Position numbers and translations under genes: made by a program. From Nemertoderma westbladi (taxonomy: Eukaryota > Animalia > Xenacoelomorpha), in assembly GCA_032718475.1 (NCBI GenBank), contig JAUCBJ010005856.1:1-35117 (forward strand): a stretch of 35,117 nucleotides of DNA. The letters run 5' to 3'. The notes beneath the pieces are model-generated. The model worked only from the letters and a program-made list of their open reading frames with translations. It ran no database searches and was not told where the DNA came from. Each line of letters starts with the position of its first letter. The first letter of the stretch is position 1. Shown one piece after another: positions 34,208 through 35,117 of the stretch.

Positions 34208-35117
34208 GACCCGGCCCCAGGCCCCCCACCATTGACCCGGCTCCAGGCCCCCCACCACTGACCCGGCCCCAGGCCCCCCGCCACTGACCCGGCCCCAGGC
34301 CCCCCACCACTGACCGGGCCCCAGGCCCCAGCCCCCCACCACTGACCCGGCGCCAGACCCCCCACCATTGACCCGGCCCCAGACCCCCCACCACTGACAC
34401 GGCCCCCCCACCACTGACCCGGCCCCAAGCCCCCCACCACTGACCCGGCCCCAGGCCCCCCGCCACTGACCCGGCGCCAGGCCCTCCACCACTCACCCAG
34501 CCCCAGGCCCCCCACCACTGACCTGGCCCCAGACCCCCACCACTGTCCCGGCCCCAGGCCCCCCACCACTGACCCGGCCCCAGGCCCCCCACCACTGACC
34601 CGGCCCCAGGCCCCCCACCATTGACCCGGCCCCAGGCCCCCCACCACTGACCCGGCCCCAGGCCCACACCACTGACCCGGCCCCCGGCCCCAGGCCCCCC
34701 ACCACTGACCCGGCCCCAGGCCCCCCACCACTGACCCGGCCCCAGGCCCCCCACCACTGCCCCGGCGCCAGGCCCCCCACCATTGACCCGGCCCCAGGCC
34801 CCCCACCACTGACCCGGCCCCAGGCCCCCCACCACTGACCCGGCCCCAGGCCCCCCACCACTGACCCGGCCCCAGGCCCCCCACCACTGACCCGGCCCCA
34901 GGCCCCCCACCACTGACGCGGCCCCAGACCCCCCACCACTGACCCGGCCCCCAGGCTCCCCACCACTGTCCCGGCCCCAGGCCCCCCACCTCTGACCCGG
35001 CCCCAGACCCCCCACCACTGACCCGGCCCCAGACCCCCTACCACTGACCCGACCCCAGGCCCCCCACCACTGACCCGGCCCCAGGCCCCCCACCACTGAT
35101 CCGGCCCCAGACCCCCT
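34205..35117. repeat. GC-rich 26-bp minisatellite (~35 copies, runs off the window end)
   Basis: Unit ACTGACCCGGCCCCAGGCCCCCCACC repeated in tandem with minor variants. Confidence 0.97.

Noticed and set aside
34100-35096. Gly/Trp-rich ORFs resembling silk or structural proteins
   Set aside because: They are translations of a 26-bp repeat (not a multiple of 3) that is open in all three minus frames.

Overview
Eukaryotic, animal-type genomic DNA. (1) 1-3 kb: a non-autonomous TIR transposon with a 9-bp target-site duplication (TSD), carrying a truncated RTE-like LINE and many 8-bp 'N5-CAG/CTG-N5' insertions that look like transposon excision footprints. (2) 4445-7633: a complete, intron-free importin-7 (IPO7/8 family) ORF. 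(3) 8.2-12.1 kb: two more copies of the same LINE, a TGACAC/TAATTA motif cluster, a 147-bp tandem repeat with a CTCF-like motif in every unit, a tRNA-like SINE head and a possible Helentron/DINE-1-like remnant. (4) ~12.93-31.49 kb: an ~18.5-kb satellite of 42-43-bp monomers with nested higher-order duplications; the ORFs across it are artefacts. (5) 32.0-35.1 kb: the first three exons of a secreted multi-ShKT protein gene, mostly missed by the ORF track. Its introns hold a poly-G run, a MITE, a near-perfect 240-bp-arm palindrome starting at a splice donor, and a 26-bp G4-prone minisatellite. All calls were made by eye; no database searches were run.
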